32,000 bases of DNA from Mycobacterium tuberculosis H37Rv (GCF_000195955.2 NC_000962.3:3420001-3452000); one strand, 5' to 3'; counted from the stretch's first letter, positions 7,243 through 16,685 are shown. Made by a program: numbers and translations. The notes: a model not told the origin generated them from the sequence alone.

Positions 7243-9519
7243 GTGGCAGCGCCGACCCCGTCGAATCGGATCGAAGAACGCTCCGGACACGCCAGCTGCG
7301 TCCGCGCCGATGCCGACCTGCCACCCGTGGCCATCCTCGGTCGCTCCCCCATCACGCTTCGGCACAAGATCTTCTTCGTGGCCGTTGCCGTGATCGGCGC
7401 TCTCGCCTGGACCGTCGTCGCGTTCTTCCGCAACGAGCCGGTCAACGCGGTCTGGATCGTGGTCGCAGCGGGCTGCACCTACATCATCGGGTTCCGGTTT
7501 TATGCGCGGCTGATCGAAATGAAAGTCGTCCGTCCCCGCGACGATCACGCCACCCCGGCCGAAATCCTCGACGACGGCACCGACTACGTGCCCACCGACC
7601 GGCGGGTGGTATTCGGACACCACTTCGCCGCCATCGCCGGTGCCGGGCCGCTTGTCGGACCAGTACTGGCCACCCAGATGGGTTACTTACCCAGCAGCAT
7701 CTGGATTGTCGTCGGCGCGGTGCTGGCCGGATGTGTCCAGGACTACCTGGTGTTGTGGATCTCCGTGCGGCGGCGTGGCCGCTCCCTGGGTCAGATGGTT
7801 CGCGACGAACTCGGCGCCACCGCCGGAGTGGCCGCCCTCGTTGGAATCCCGGTCATTATCACCATTGTGATCGCGGTGCTGGCGCTGGTGGTCGTGCGGG
7901 CCCTGGCCAAGAGCCCATGGGGCGTCTTCTCGATCGCCATGACCATCCCCATCGCCATCTTCATGGGCTGCTACTTGCGGTTCCTACGTCCCGGGCGGGT
8001 GTCGGAAGTTTCATTGATCGGGATCGGACTGCTGCTGCTCGCCGTTGTCTCCGGTGATTGGGTTGCCCATACCTCCTGGGGCGCAGCGTGGTTCAGCTTG
8101 TCACCGGTGACACTGTGTTGGCTTCTCATCAGCTATGGCTTCGCAGCTTCGGTGCTGCCGGTGTGGCTGCTGCTCGCGCCACGCGACTACCTGTCAACGT
8201 TCATGAAGGTCGGCACCATCGCGCTTCTCGCGATCGGTGTTTGTGCGGCTCACCCGATCATCGAGGCCCCAGCGGTGTCGAAATTCGCCGGTAGCGGCAA
8301 CGGCCCGGTGTTCGCCGGCTCACTGTTTCCATTCCTGTTCATCACCATCGCGTGCGGGGCGCTGTCTGGATTCCACGCGCTCATCTGCTCGGGCACGACG
8401 CCGAAGATGCTGGAGAAGGAAGGCCAGATGCGCGTGATCGGCTACGGCGGCATGATGACCGAGTCCTTCGTCGCCGTCATAGCACTACTCACCGCGGCGA
8501 TCCTCGACCAGCACCTATACTTCACCCTCAACGCGCCGTCCCTGCATACCCACGACAGCGCAGCCACCGCCGCCAAGTACGTCAACGGGCTCGGTTTGAC
8601 GGGCTCACCGGTGACCCCAGACCACATCAGCCAGGCCGCCGCCAGCGTCGGCGAACAGACGATCGTGTCGCGCACCGGCGGTGCGCCGACGCTGGCGTTC
8701 GGCATGGCGGAGATGCTGCATCGAGTGGTCGGCGGTGTGGGCCTCAAGGCGTTCTGGTATCACTTCGCGATCATGTTTGAGGCTCTGTTCATCCTCACCA
8801 CCGTCGACGCCGGCACCAGGGCCGCGCGCTTCATGATCTCCGATGCGCTGGGCAACTTTGGCGGTGTGCTGCGCAAACTGCAGAATCCGAGCTGGCGTCC
8901 CGGTGCGTGGGCTTGCCGTTTGGTGGTCGTCGCGGCGTGGGGCAGCATCCTGCTGCTCGGTGTGACCGATCCGCTGGGCGGCATCAACACGCTGTTCCCG
9001 CTGTTCGGCATTGCCAACCAGTTGCTTGCCGGAATTGCGCTGACCGTCATCACCGTCGTCGTCATCAAGAAGGGGCGACTGAAGTGGGCTTGGATACCGG
9101 GTATTCCACTGCTGTGGGATCTGGCGGTCACCCTGACCGCATCGTGGCAGAAGATCTTCTCCGCTGATCCTTCTGTCGGCTACTGGACTCAGCATGCTCA
9201 CTACGCGGCAGCCCAGCACGCAGGCGAGACCGCGTTCGGCTCGGCCACCAACGCCGATGAGATCAACGACGTCGTCCGGAACACATTCGTCCAGGGCACC
9301 CTGTCGATCGTCTTCGTGGTGGTCGTCGTGCTGGTTGTTGTCGCCGGAGTCATAGTGGCGCTGAAGACAATTCGCGGCCGCGGCATACCGTTGGCCGAGG
9401 ACGATCCGGCGCCGTCGACGTTGTTCGCGCCCGCTGGCCTGATTCCTACAGCCGCAGAGCGAAAGTTGCAACGACGTTTGGGCGCGCCGGCCTCGGCTTC
9501 CGTCGCGGCGCCCGACTAG
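7243..9519 (+). CDS. cstA: Carbon starvation protein A family transporter (758 aa, polytopic membrane protein)
   Basis: GTG at 7243 lies 5 nt after GGGAGG; the track's TTG at 7228 is less likely. The protein has many hydrophobic segments and CstA-family sequences such as ..FGHHFAAIAGAGPLVGPVLA.. and ..FITIACGALSGFHALICSGTTPKM... Confidence 0.9.
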   Translation: MAAPTPSNRIEERSGHASCVRADADLPPVAILGRSPITLRHKIFFVAVAVIGALAWTVVAFFRNEPVNAVWIVVAAGCTYIIGFRFYARLIEMKVVRPRDDHATPAEILDDGTDYVPTDRRVVFGHHFAAIAGAGPLVGPVLATQMGYLPSSIWIVVGAVLAGCVQDYLVLWISVRRRGRSLGQMVRDELGATAGVAALVGIPVIITIVIAVLALVVVRALAKSPWGVFSIAMTIPIAIFMGCYLRFLRPGRVSEVSLIGIGLLLLAVVSGDWVAHTSWGAAWFSLSPVTLCWLLISYGFAASVLPVWLLLAPRDYLSTFMKVGTIALLAIGVCAAHPIIEAPAVSKFAGSGNGPVFAGSLFPFLFITIACGALSGFHALICSGTTPKMLEKEGQMRVIGYGGMMTESFVAVIALLTAAILDQHLYFTLNAPSLHTHDSAATAAKYVNGLGLTGSPVTPDHISQAAASVGEQTIVSRTGGAPTLAFGMAEMLHRVVGGVGLKAFWYHFAIMFEALFILTTVDAGTRAARFMISDALGNFGGVLRKLQNPSWRPGAWACRLVVVAAWGSILLLGVTDPLGGINTLFPLFGIANQLLAGIALTVITVVVIKKGRLKWAWIPGIPLLWDLAVTLTASWQKIFSADPSVGYWTQHAHYAAAQHAGETAFGSATNADEINDVVRNTFVQGTLSIVFVVVVVLVVVAGVIVALKTIRGRGIPLAEDDPAPSTLFAPAGLIPTAAERKLQRRLGAPASASVAAPD

Positions 9520-9824
9520 CCCTCCCGCTGCAGTGGTACCGGCGCCGCAATCAGACGGCGAGTAGGCGTGGGTCCAACCCGCGATTCGCGGCAGCCGGCG
9601 GAGAGGGCGACCAAGAGACGTTATCGGTTCGCTCGGGGACTCATGGCCGGTCTGCTGGGCACGATGGCTCTCACGAGCGGCGGTGGTGTCGCTCGCGAGG
9701 ATCCATTGGAACCTGATCCGCTAGCCCCGATCATCGACGATTCCAGGTAAACGGATTCGAAGGCACCTATAGGGACGTGCCCTGACGCCCCGCCACAATG
9801 GACGCTTGGGTAGCCTGACCAGCC

Positions 9825-10250
9825 TTATGCAGTGACAGTGCGTCGAGCATCAATTGAGTAGATCCCACCACCGGTGAACACCAGCAGGAAGAAGCCGAAG
9901 CAGAACAGTATCGCCGGAGTTCCGCCATTGCCGTCCGGTGGACCGCCGATCGGCCACAGTGCATACGGTTGATGCATCCAGAAGTAGGCGACCGCCATTT
10001 CGCCCGAGGCAACGAACGCCACAGCGCGGGTAAACAGCCCGGTTGCGATCAGCAGACCTGCCACCAACTCGATGACCCCGGCATACCAGCCGGGCCAGGA
10101 TCCAAATTCGACGGGTTGAGCCGAGGTGACGGGCCAGCCGAAAAGGATCATCGATCCGTAGCCGGCGAACAGCAGCCCGTATACCAACCGAAAGAGGCTC
10201 AGCACAGCCGGCAAACAGCCGGCGAGCCGACGGTCGAGATCTTTCACCAT
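9825..10250 (-). CDS. DoxX-family integral membrane protein (141 aa)
   Basis: The 141-codon ORF encodes four hydrophobic helices with a DoxX-like pattern (..FRLVYGLLFAGYGSMILFG.., ..GVIELVAGLLIATGLFTRAVAFV..). It is divergent from mmr. Confidence 0.85.
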   Translation of the reverse strand: MVKDLDRRLAGCLPAVLSLFRLVYGLLFAGYGSMILFGWPVTSAQPVEFGSWPGWYAGVIELVAGLLIATGLFTRAVAFVASGEMAVAYFWMHQPYALWPIGGPPDGNGGTPAILFCFGFFLLVFTGGGIYSIDARRTVTA

Positions 10251-10336
10251 GACACGACGTTACGGGGATCGACCGCGCGAACGCTGGGCGGATTTTGTCT
10301 CCCACCGGTGTGCCTACTCACGTGTGGACGCACGAG

Positions 10337-10382
10337 CCTCCTTTGTGTACATTTGTACATGTACAAATGTACACAAAGGAGG
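10337..10382. promoter_or_regulatory. Perfect 46-bp palindrome (23-bp arms): probable operator of the downstream TetR repressor, overlapping the mmr promoter and Shine-Dalgarno sequence
   Basis: CCTCCTTTGTGTACATTTGTACAT|GTACAAATGTACACAAAGGAGG was checked base by base with no mismatch. The right arm ends in AAGGAGG, 5 nt before the mmr TTG start. Each arm contains a TACATT (TANNNT) hexamer, on opposite strands (10348-10353 on +, 10366-10371 on -). It is an AT-rich island in GC-rich DNA. Confidence 0.85.
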
Positions 10383-10386
10383 GGTC

Positions 10387-10710
10387 TTGATCTACCTATA
10401 CCTCTTGTGCGCGATCTTCGCGGAAGTGGTGGCAACCAGCCTGCTCAAAAGCACGGAAGGGTTCACTCGGTTGTGGCCCACGGTGGGCTGTCTAGTGGGT
10501 TATGGCATCGCTTTCGCGCTGCTGGCCTTGTCGATCTCGCACGGCATGCAGACGGACGTCGCCTATGCGCTGTGGTCGGCAATCGGTACGGCCGCCATTG
10601 TGCTGGTCGCCGTACTGTTTCTCGGCTCGCCGATATCTGTGATGAAGGTGGTTGGCGTCGGCCTGATTGTCGTCGGCGTGGTCACGTTGAACCTGGCGGG
10701 TGCCCATTGA
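10387..10710 (+). CDS. mmr: Small multidrug resistance (SMR/EmrE-like) efflux protein, 107 aa
   Basis: TTG at 10387 follows AAGGAGG. The protein has four TM helices and the conserved membrane-embedded Glu in ..LLCAIFAEVVATSLLK... The longer track ORF from 10249 would read through the palindrome and overlap the divergent gene. Confidence 0.9.
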   Translation: MIYLYLLCAIFAEVVATSLLKSTEGFTRLWPTVGCLVGYGIAFALLALSISHGMQTDVAYALWSAIGTAAIVLVAVLFLGSPISVMKVVGVGLIVVGVVTLNLAGAH

Positions 10711-11315
10711 CCGCAGGCTCCGACCGCCGTCCACGCGACCCAGCCGGTCGCCGGCAGGCGATCGTCGAGGCGGCCGAGCGCGTGATCGCTCGCCAGGGCC
10801 TTGGCGGGCTGAGCCACCGCAGGGTTGCCGCGGAGGCCAATGTACCGGTCGGGTCGACGACCTACTACTTCAATGACCTCGACGCGCTGCGGGAAGCCGC
10901 GCTCGCGCACGCCGCAAACGCCTCGGCCGACCTGTTGGCGCAGTGGCGCAGCGACCTCGACAAGGACCGCGACCTGGCCGCGACCCTGGCCCGGCTCACC
11001 ACCGTCTACCTGGCCGACCAGGACCGCTATCGCACGCTCAACGAGTTGTACATGGCGGCAGCTCATCGACCGGAACTGCAGCGCTTGGCCCGGCTGTGGC
11101 CAGATGGTCTACTCGCGCTGCTCGAACCGCGCATCGGTCGACGAGCCGCCAACGCGGTCACCGTGTTTTTCGACGGCGCTACGCTGCACGCGCTTATCAC
11201 CGGTACCCCGCTGAGCACCGATGAGCTCACCGATGCCATCGCCAGGCTGGTTGCGGACGGCCCGGAACAGCGCGAAGTGGGACAATCTGCCCATGCGGGA
11301 CGAACCCCCGACTGA
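10707..11315 (+). CDS. TetR-family transcriptional repressor (202 aa), cotranscribed with mmr
   Basis: The TTG start at 10707 overlaps the mmr stop (aTTGA). The TetR HTH reads ..[47 protein letters not shown]... It is the last 202 codons of a 448-codon shadow-extended ORF. It fits Rv3066 by position. Confidence 0.88.
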
Positions 11316-11838
11316 CACCGCAGCGGCTCCCACCACCGGTGCGGCACCTGAGATTGACACCGCCCGCGAATACGAAGTAACCGCCGAATACCAGTCCTGG
11401 CGGGTCGTCTGGGGAAGCGCCGCAGCATTGCTGACGGTCGGCGTCGGGATAGGCGCGGCCATCCTCCTCGGGTGGTTCACGTTAGCGCACCGGCACCCGG
11501 ACCAGCCTGGGGCGGCCGCGACACCACCCCCTGCGGGGCTAACAACACGGTCCGCGCCCACCGCCGCCCCGCCGTCAACGCTGCAAAGCCCAGACCTGGA
11601 CAGCGTCTTTCTTGGCAACCTGCACGATCGCGGCATCTCGTTCACCAACCCCGATGCCGCCGTCTACAACGGCAAGATGGTCTGCACCAATCTCGGCGGC
11701 GGCATGACCGTGCAGCAGGTGGTCGAGGCATTGCAGAGTAGCAGCCCTGCACTTGGCGACCGGACAACCGCTTACGTGGCCGTCTCGATTCGCACGTATT
11801 GTCCGAAGTACGACGCTGTGCTGCCACCGGGATCCTGA
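11293..11838 (+). CDS. DUF732-family membrane-anchored/secreted protein (start uncertain: ATG 11293, 181 aa, or TTG 11428, 136 aa)
   Basis: The C-terminal ~75 aa ([45 protein letters not shown]...IRTYCPKY) is DUF732-like with a Cys pair. It is preceded by a TM/signal-like segment ([21 protein letters not shown]) and a Pro/Ala-rich linker. The ATG at 11293 overlaps the TetR gene end by 23 nt. Confidence 0.7.
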
Positions 11839-11839
11839 G

Positions 11840-11912
11840 TGGAGCTAAGGGGACTCGAACCCCTGACCCCCACACTGCCAGTGTGGTGCGCTACCAGCTG
11901 CGCCATAGCCCC
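11840..11912 (-). tRNA. tRNA-Ala (anticodon GGC), 73 nt, CCA not encoded
   Basis: The reverse complement is GGGGCTATGGCGCAGCTGGTAGCGCACCACACTGGCAGTGTGGGGGTCAGGGGTTCGAGTCCCCTTAGCTCCA. It folds as a cloverleaf with a 7-bp acceptor stem, the G3:U70 alanine identity pair, anticodon loop CU-GGC-AG and a T-loop GGTTCGAGTCC. Confidence 0.95.
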
Positions 11913-11930
11913 ATGAAGTGATGCCCATCG

Positions 11931-11959
11931 AAGCTACACCACCGCCGGAAAGCGTTCAA
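11931..11959 (-). promoter_or_regulatory. Candidate promoter for tRNA-Ala: TTGAAC -17 nt- TAGCTT (minus strand)
   Basis: On the minus strand TTGAAC is the reverse complement of 11954-11959 and TAGCTT of 11931-11936, with an exact 17-nt spacer. This predicts a short precursor leader of about 12 nt before the mature 5' end at 11912. Confidence 0.4.
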
Positions 11960-11978
11960 AGCCCCAGGTCAGCGAGCC

Positions 11979-13622
<1,644 letters not shown>

Positions 13623-13691
13623 GGCTACCAATTCTGCCCACAGGCCCTACAGTGCGAAGCGCAGCATTAGCACACCGAGAGGGATCGACCA

Positions 13692-14090
13692 GTGCCAAAC
13701 CACGATTATCGCGAGTTGGCTGCGGTTTTCGCCGGCGGAGCGTTGGGTGCGCTGGCCCGAGCAGCGCTGAGCGCACTCGCCATCCCCGACCCAGCCCGGT
13801 GGCCATGGCCGACGTTCACGGTCAACGTCGTCGGCGCCTTCCTGGTGGGTTATTTCACCACCCGGCTGCTGGAGCGATTGCCCCTGTCGAGTTATCGACG
13901 CCCATTGCTCGGCACCGGATTGTGCGGCGGACTGACCACTTTCTCGACGATGCAGGTCGAGACGATCAGCATGATCGAACACGGTCATTGGGGTTTGGCC
14001 GCTGCCTACTCCGTCGTCAGCATCACCCTCGGATTGCTGGCGGTGCACCTGGCCACGGTCTTGGTACGCCGAGTGCGGATACGCCGATGA
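13692..14090 (+). CDS. crcB: CrcB/Fluc fluoride channel subunit 1 (132 aa)
   Basis: GTG at 13692 lies 7 nt after GAGAGGGA. The protein has four TM helices and CrcB signatures ..GGALGALAR.., ..[13 protein letters not shown].. and ..[12 protein letters not shown]... Confidence 0.9.
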
Positions 14091-14467
14091 CGGCCTCGAC
14101 GGCCCTGACGGTGGCAATCTGGATCGGCGTGATGCTCATCGGCGGTATTGGGTCCGTGTTGCGTTTTCTGGTCGATCGCTCGGTGGCCCGCCGGCTGGCC
14201 CGGACTTTTCCCTACGGCACACTGACGGTGAACATCACCGGAGCCGCGCTGCTGGGGTTTCTGGCCGGCCTGGCGTTGCCGAAAGACGCAGCCTTACTGG
14301 CCGGCACGGGGTTCGTCGGCGCCTACACCACCTTTTCCACCTGGATGCTAGAAACCCAACGGTTGGGAGAGGACCGCCAGATGGTTTCGGCATTGGCCAA
14401 TATCGTCGTCAGCGTTGTGCTCGGTCTAGCCGCGGCGCTACTCGGTCAGTGGATCGCCCAGATATGA
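14087..14467 (+). CDS. crcB: CrcB/Fluc fluoride channel subunit 2 (126 aa)
   Basis: The ATG at 14087 overlaps the upstream stop (ATGA). CrcB signatures are ..GGIGSVLRF.., ..[15 protein letters not shown].. and ..[12 protein letters not shown]... Confidence 0.9.
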
Positions 14468-15573
14468 ACGAGCAATGCCTGAAGCTGACCGCGTATTTCG
14501 GCGAGCGGCAACGCGCTGTCGGCGGGGCGGGGAGGTTTCTGGCCGATGCGATGCTGGATCTGTTCGGCTCCCATAACGTCGCGACCAGCGTGATGCTGCG
14601 CGGTACCACCAGTTTCGGGCCAAAGCACGAGTTTCGCTGCGATCAATCGCTGAGCCTGTCCGAGGACCCGCCGGTGACCGTCGCCGCCGTCGACATCGAA
14701 TCGAAAATCCGCTCCCTGGTCGACGACGTCACAGCGATGACCGACCGCGGCCTGGTGACCCTGGAACGGGCGCGACTGGTCACCCGGCACAGCGGCGCCG
14801 AGGAATTCGGCGACATCGACAGCCGAAACGGAGATGCCGCCAAGCTCACCATCTACGCCGGCCGCCAGGTGCGGGTTGCCGGGGCGCCGGCCTACTACAC
14901 CATCTGCGAGCTTTTGCATCGACATGGATTCGCAGGTGCCACAGTGCTGCTCGGCGTCGACGGCACGGCACACGGTCGGCGCCGCCGGGCCCGGTTCTTC
15001 GGCCGCAACGTCAATGTTCCACTGATGATCATTGCCGTCGGAACGCCTGCACAGGTTGCCGTGGCCGCAATGGAACTCACCGCAGCACTGCCTAACCCGC
15101 TGCTGACCATCGAACGGGTGCGGCTGTGCAAGCGCGACGGCGAGTTGTTCGCCCGCCCCCAACAGCTGCCGCAGACCGATGACCAGGGACGCACCCTGTG
15201 GCAAAAGCTCATGGTTCACACCGCCGAAGCAACCCATCATGAGGGGCTGCCGATCCACCGAGCGCTTGTCCATCGACTGATGCAGTCCGAAACGGCGCGG
15301 GGCGCTACCGCGCTGCGCGGCATCTGGGGCTTTTACGGCGACCATAAACCCCATGGGGACAAGCTATTTCAGCTGGTGCGTAGGGTGCCGGTGACCACGA
15401 TCATCGTCGACACACCCCAGGCTATCGCGCGCAGCTTCGACATCGTCGATGAGCTGACGAACTGGCACGGGCTGGTAACCAGTGAGATGGTCCCTGCGGC
15501 CGTGTCACTCACCGGGTCACGGGATGGCACGCAAAAGACCGGTGAAACCCCACTGGCGCGCTACGACTACTGA
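14464..15573 (+). CDS. Triple-repeat DUF190 (COG1993, PII-like) protein, 369 aa
   Basis: The ATG at 14464 overlaps the crcB2 stop (ATGA). Three tandem ~100-aa repeats (aa ~5-106, ~125-222, ~246-343) each follow the pattern KLTxYxGe...G.P....l...l...g..GATVLRG..GFG.......l......P.....VD....i...........GLvT.E.v. Confidence 0.88.
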   Translation: MNEQCLKLTAYFGERQRAVGGAGRFLADAMLDLFGSHNVATSVMLRGTTSFGPKHEFRCDQSLSLSEDPPVTVAAVDIESKIRSLVDDVTAMTDRGLVTLERARLVTRHSGAEEFGDIDSRNGDAAKLTIYAGRQVRVAGAPAYYTICELLHRHGFAGATVLLGVDGTAHGRRRRARFFGRNVNVPLMIIAVGTPAQVAVAAMELTAALPNPLLTIERVRLCKRDGELFARPQQLPQTDDQGRTLWQKLMVHTAEATHHEGLPIHRALVHRLMQSETARGATALRGIWGFYGDHKPHGDKLFQLVRRVPVTTIIVDTPQAIARSFDIVDELTNWHGLVTSEMVPAAVSLTGSRDGTQKTGETPLARYDY

Positions 15574-15614
15574 GTGCCAGCCGCCAGATTGGTCAGATCC
15601 CACGTCGGGGACGC

Positions 15615-16322
15615 TTACCCAACCCGCGATGCGAACATCCATTTGTCGGCCAGCGCCGATACCCAGCCCGCTACGACCTCAGGATTATCCGGTGGCACCT
15701 CGACCAACACCAACTCGTCAACGCCCAGTTCGCGAGCACATCGACATCACCAACCTGAGGATTAGCCAGGGCCACGGCCAGCCGCAGTTCGCCACGATCA
15801 CGACCCGACTGTTGCCGTCGAACGATGCGACGTCGTCGCGCCATAATGTGCGCATTGCAGCGACGTATTCGGCGGTGCGCTCTGCGCGCCGCTCGAATGG
15901 CACTCCGAGCGCGTCGAACTCCTCCTTGGACCATCCGACGCCACGCCTAGTGTCAGCCGCCTACCACTCAACCGATCCAGGCTCGCCGCTTCTTTGGCCA
16001 CTATCACCGGGTTGTGCTCAGGCAGCAGTAGCACGCCCGTCGCGACGTCCACCCGCGACGAGGCGGCAGCGGCGAAACTCAACGCGATCATCGGGTCAAG
16101 CCAATCCGCCTGTGCCGGAACCGCGATGACGCCGTCGCGGGAGTAGGGATAACGCGACGCGGGCCGGTCCACCATCACGACATGTTCGCCGACCCACAAG
16201 GTGGCGAAGCCACAGTCGTCCGCCGCAACCGCGACGGCATCGACGACCGCCGGGTCGGCGCCGGCACCTATTCCAGCGCGTGCAGTCCCAGTCACATCGC
16301 ACGAGCGTCTCACACAGGCCAA
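15615..16322 (-). pseudogene. Decayed LLM-family oxidoreductase gene: homologous sequence continues through at least two frameshifts and one internal deletion to an ancestral stop at 15615-15617
   Basis: After ..RLTLGV (~15943) the family consensus continues in another frame (GVGWSKEEFDALGVPFERRAERTAEYVAAMRTLWRDDVASFDG, 15940-15815). It then jumps frame near 15805-15812 (..GRDRGELRLAVALANPQVGDVDVLA) and again near 15724-15728 (GVDELVLVEVPPDNPEVVAGWVSALADKWM..*). The total span of ~236 codons is about 50-100 codons shorter than typical LLMs, such as the intact 275-aa paralogue at 21770-22597. Confidence 0.7.
15798..16322 (-). CDS. Truncated luciferase-like (LLM, F420-dependent-type) oxidoreductase, N-terminal 174 codons; the tail after ~aa 127 is frameshifted
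   Basis: The ORF of 174 codons has an N-terminal ~127 aa that is LLM-like (..DDCGFATLWVGEHVV.., ..VDVATGVLLLPEHNPVIVAKEAASLDRLSGRRLTLGV). The remaining ~47 aa (ASDGPRRSSTRSECHSS..) is low-complexity, out-of-frame read-through. It fits Rv3072c by size and position. Confidence 0.75.
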   Translation of the reverse strand: MACVRRSCDVTGTARAGIGAGADPAVVDAVAVAADDCGFATLWVGEHVVMVDRPASRYPYSRDGVIAVPAQADWLDPMIALSFAAAASSRVDVATGVLLLPEHNPVIVAKEAASLDRLSGRRLTLGVASDGPRRSSTRSECHSSGAQSAPPNTSLQCAHYGATTSHRSTATVGS

Positions 16323-16328
16323 TTGGCA

Positions 16329-16685
16329 TTAGCGGCCGTTGAGCAACTGCGCCAAGACGGCCGCATGGCTGCGTGCCACGTGGCGCGTCGCGGTCACCGG
16401 GGTCACAACGCTGCGCCCGGTCAGCTTGCGCAGCTCGGCTAGTGCCGCGCTGTCGTGCAGCTCCTCCTGGTAGCGCGACGCGAATTCGTCAAACCGCTCC
16501 GGCTGGTGGTGGTACCACTCGCGCAGCTCTTTGGATGGTGCGACGTCTTTGCACCAGATGCCCACCCGCTGGTCATCCTTGCGGATTCCGTGCGGCCAGA
16601 TGCGATCGACCAGGACACGCTGGCCGTCGTCGGGATCGATGTCTTCATAGACGCGGGCCACCCGCACCCGTGTCTCGCGCACCAT
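16329..16685 (-). CDS. DUF488-family protein (118 aa)
   Basis: The 118-codon ORF has the typical DUF488 pattern ..RVYEDIDPDDGQRVLVDRIWPHGIRKDD..WCKDVAPSKELREWYHHQPERFDEFASRYQEEL... Confidence 0.85.
   Translation of the reverse strand: MVRETRVRVARVYEDIDPDDGQRVLVDRIWPHGIRKDDQRVGIWCKDVAPSKELREWYHHQPERFDEFASRYQEELHDSAALAELRKLTGRSVVTPVTATRHVARSHAAVLAQLLNGR

Noticed and set aside
6415-7623. 402-codon minus-strand ORF spanning the ligB 3' end, the intergenic region and the cstA 5' end
   Set aside because: It crosses two convincingly coding plus-strand genes and their intergenic gap. It has no motifs and a biased Arg/Gly/His composition, so it is a shadow frame.
9568-9750. 60-codon ORF (GTG start) in the 305-bp gap after cstA, with an RR-containing N-terminus and a short hydrophobic stretch
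   Set aside because: It has no convincing SD, GC3 of only ~65% by hand count, and no recognisable motif. I also checked whether it could be the small DUF466 (YbdD/YjiX-type) partner that often follows cstA homologues, but it shows no resemblance to that family (no PDY..Y..H motif). It is kept as non-coding unless Ribo-seq says otherwise.
9969-10706. Upstream 246 codons of the 448-codon ORF that ends as the TetR gene, and the 46-codon N-terminal extension of mmr from ATG 10249
   Set aside because: Both extensions run antisense through the DoxX gene and/or through the 46-bp palindrome and the mmr SD. Proper starts (TTG 10387 after AAGGAGG, and TTG 10707 overlapping the mmr stop) give family-typical lengths of 107 and 202 aa.
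13623-13691. Looked for a fluoride (crcB-motif) riboswitch upstream of the crcB pair
   Set aside because: The 69-nt gap between pgmA and crcB1 shows none of the conserved pseudoknot or GAUG..CCUAC-like elements I remember for the crcB motif, and it is too short to hold the aptamer plus an expression platform. A covariance-model scan (Rfam RF01734) would be the decisive check.
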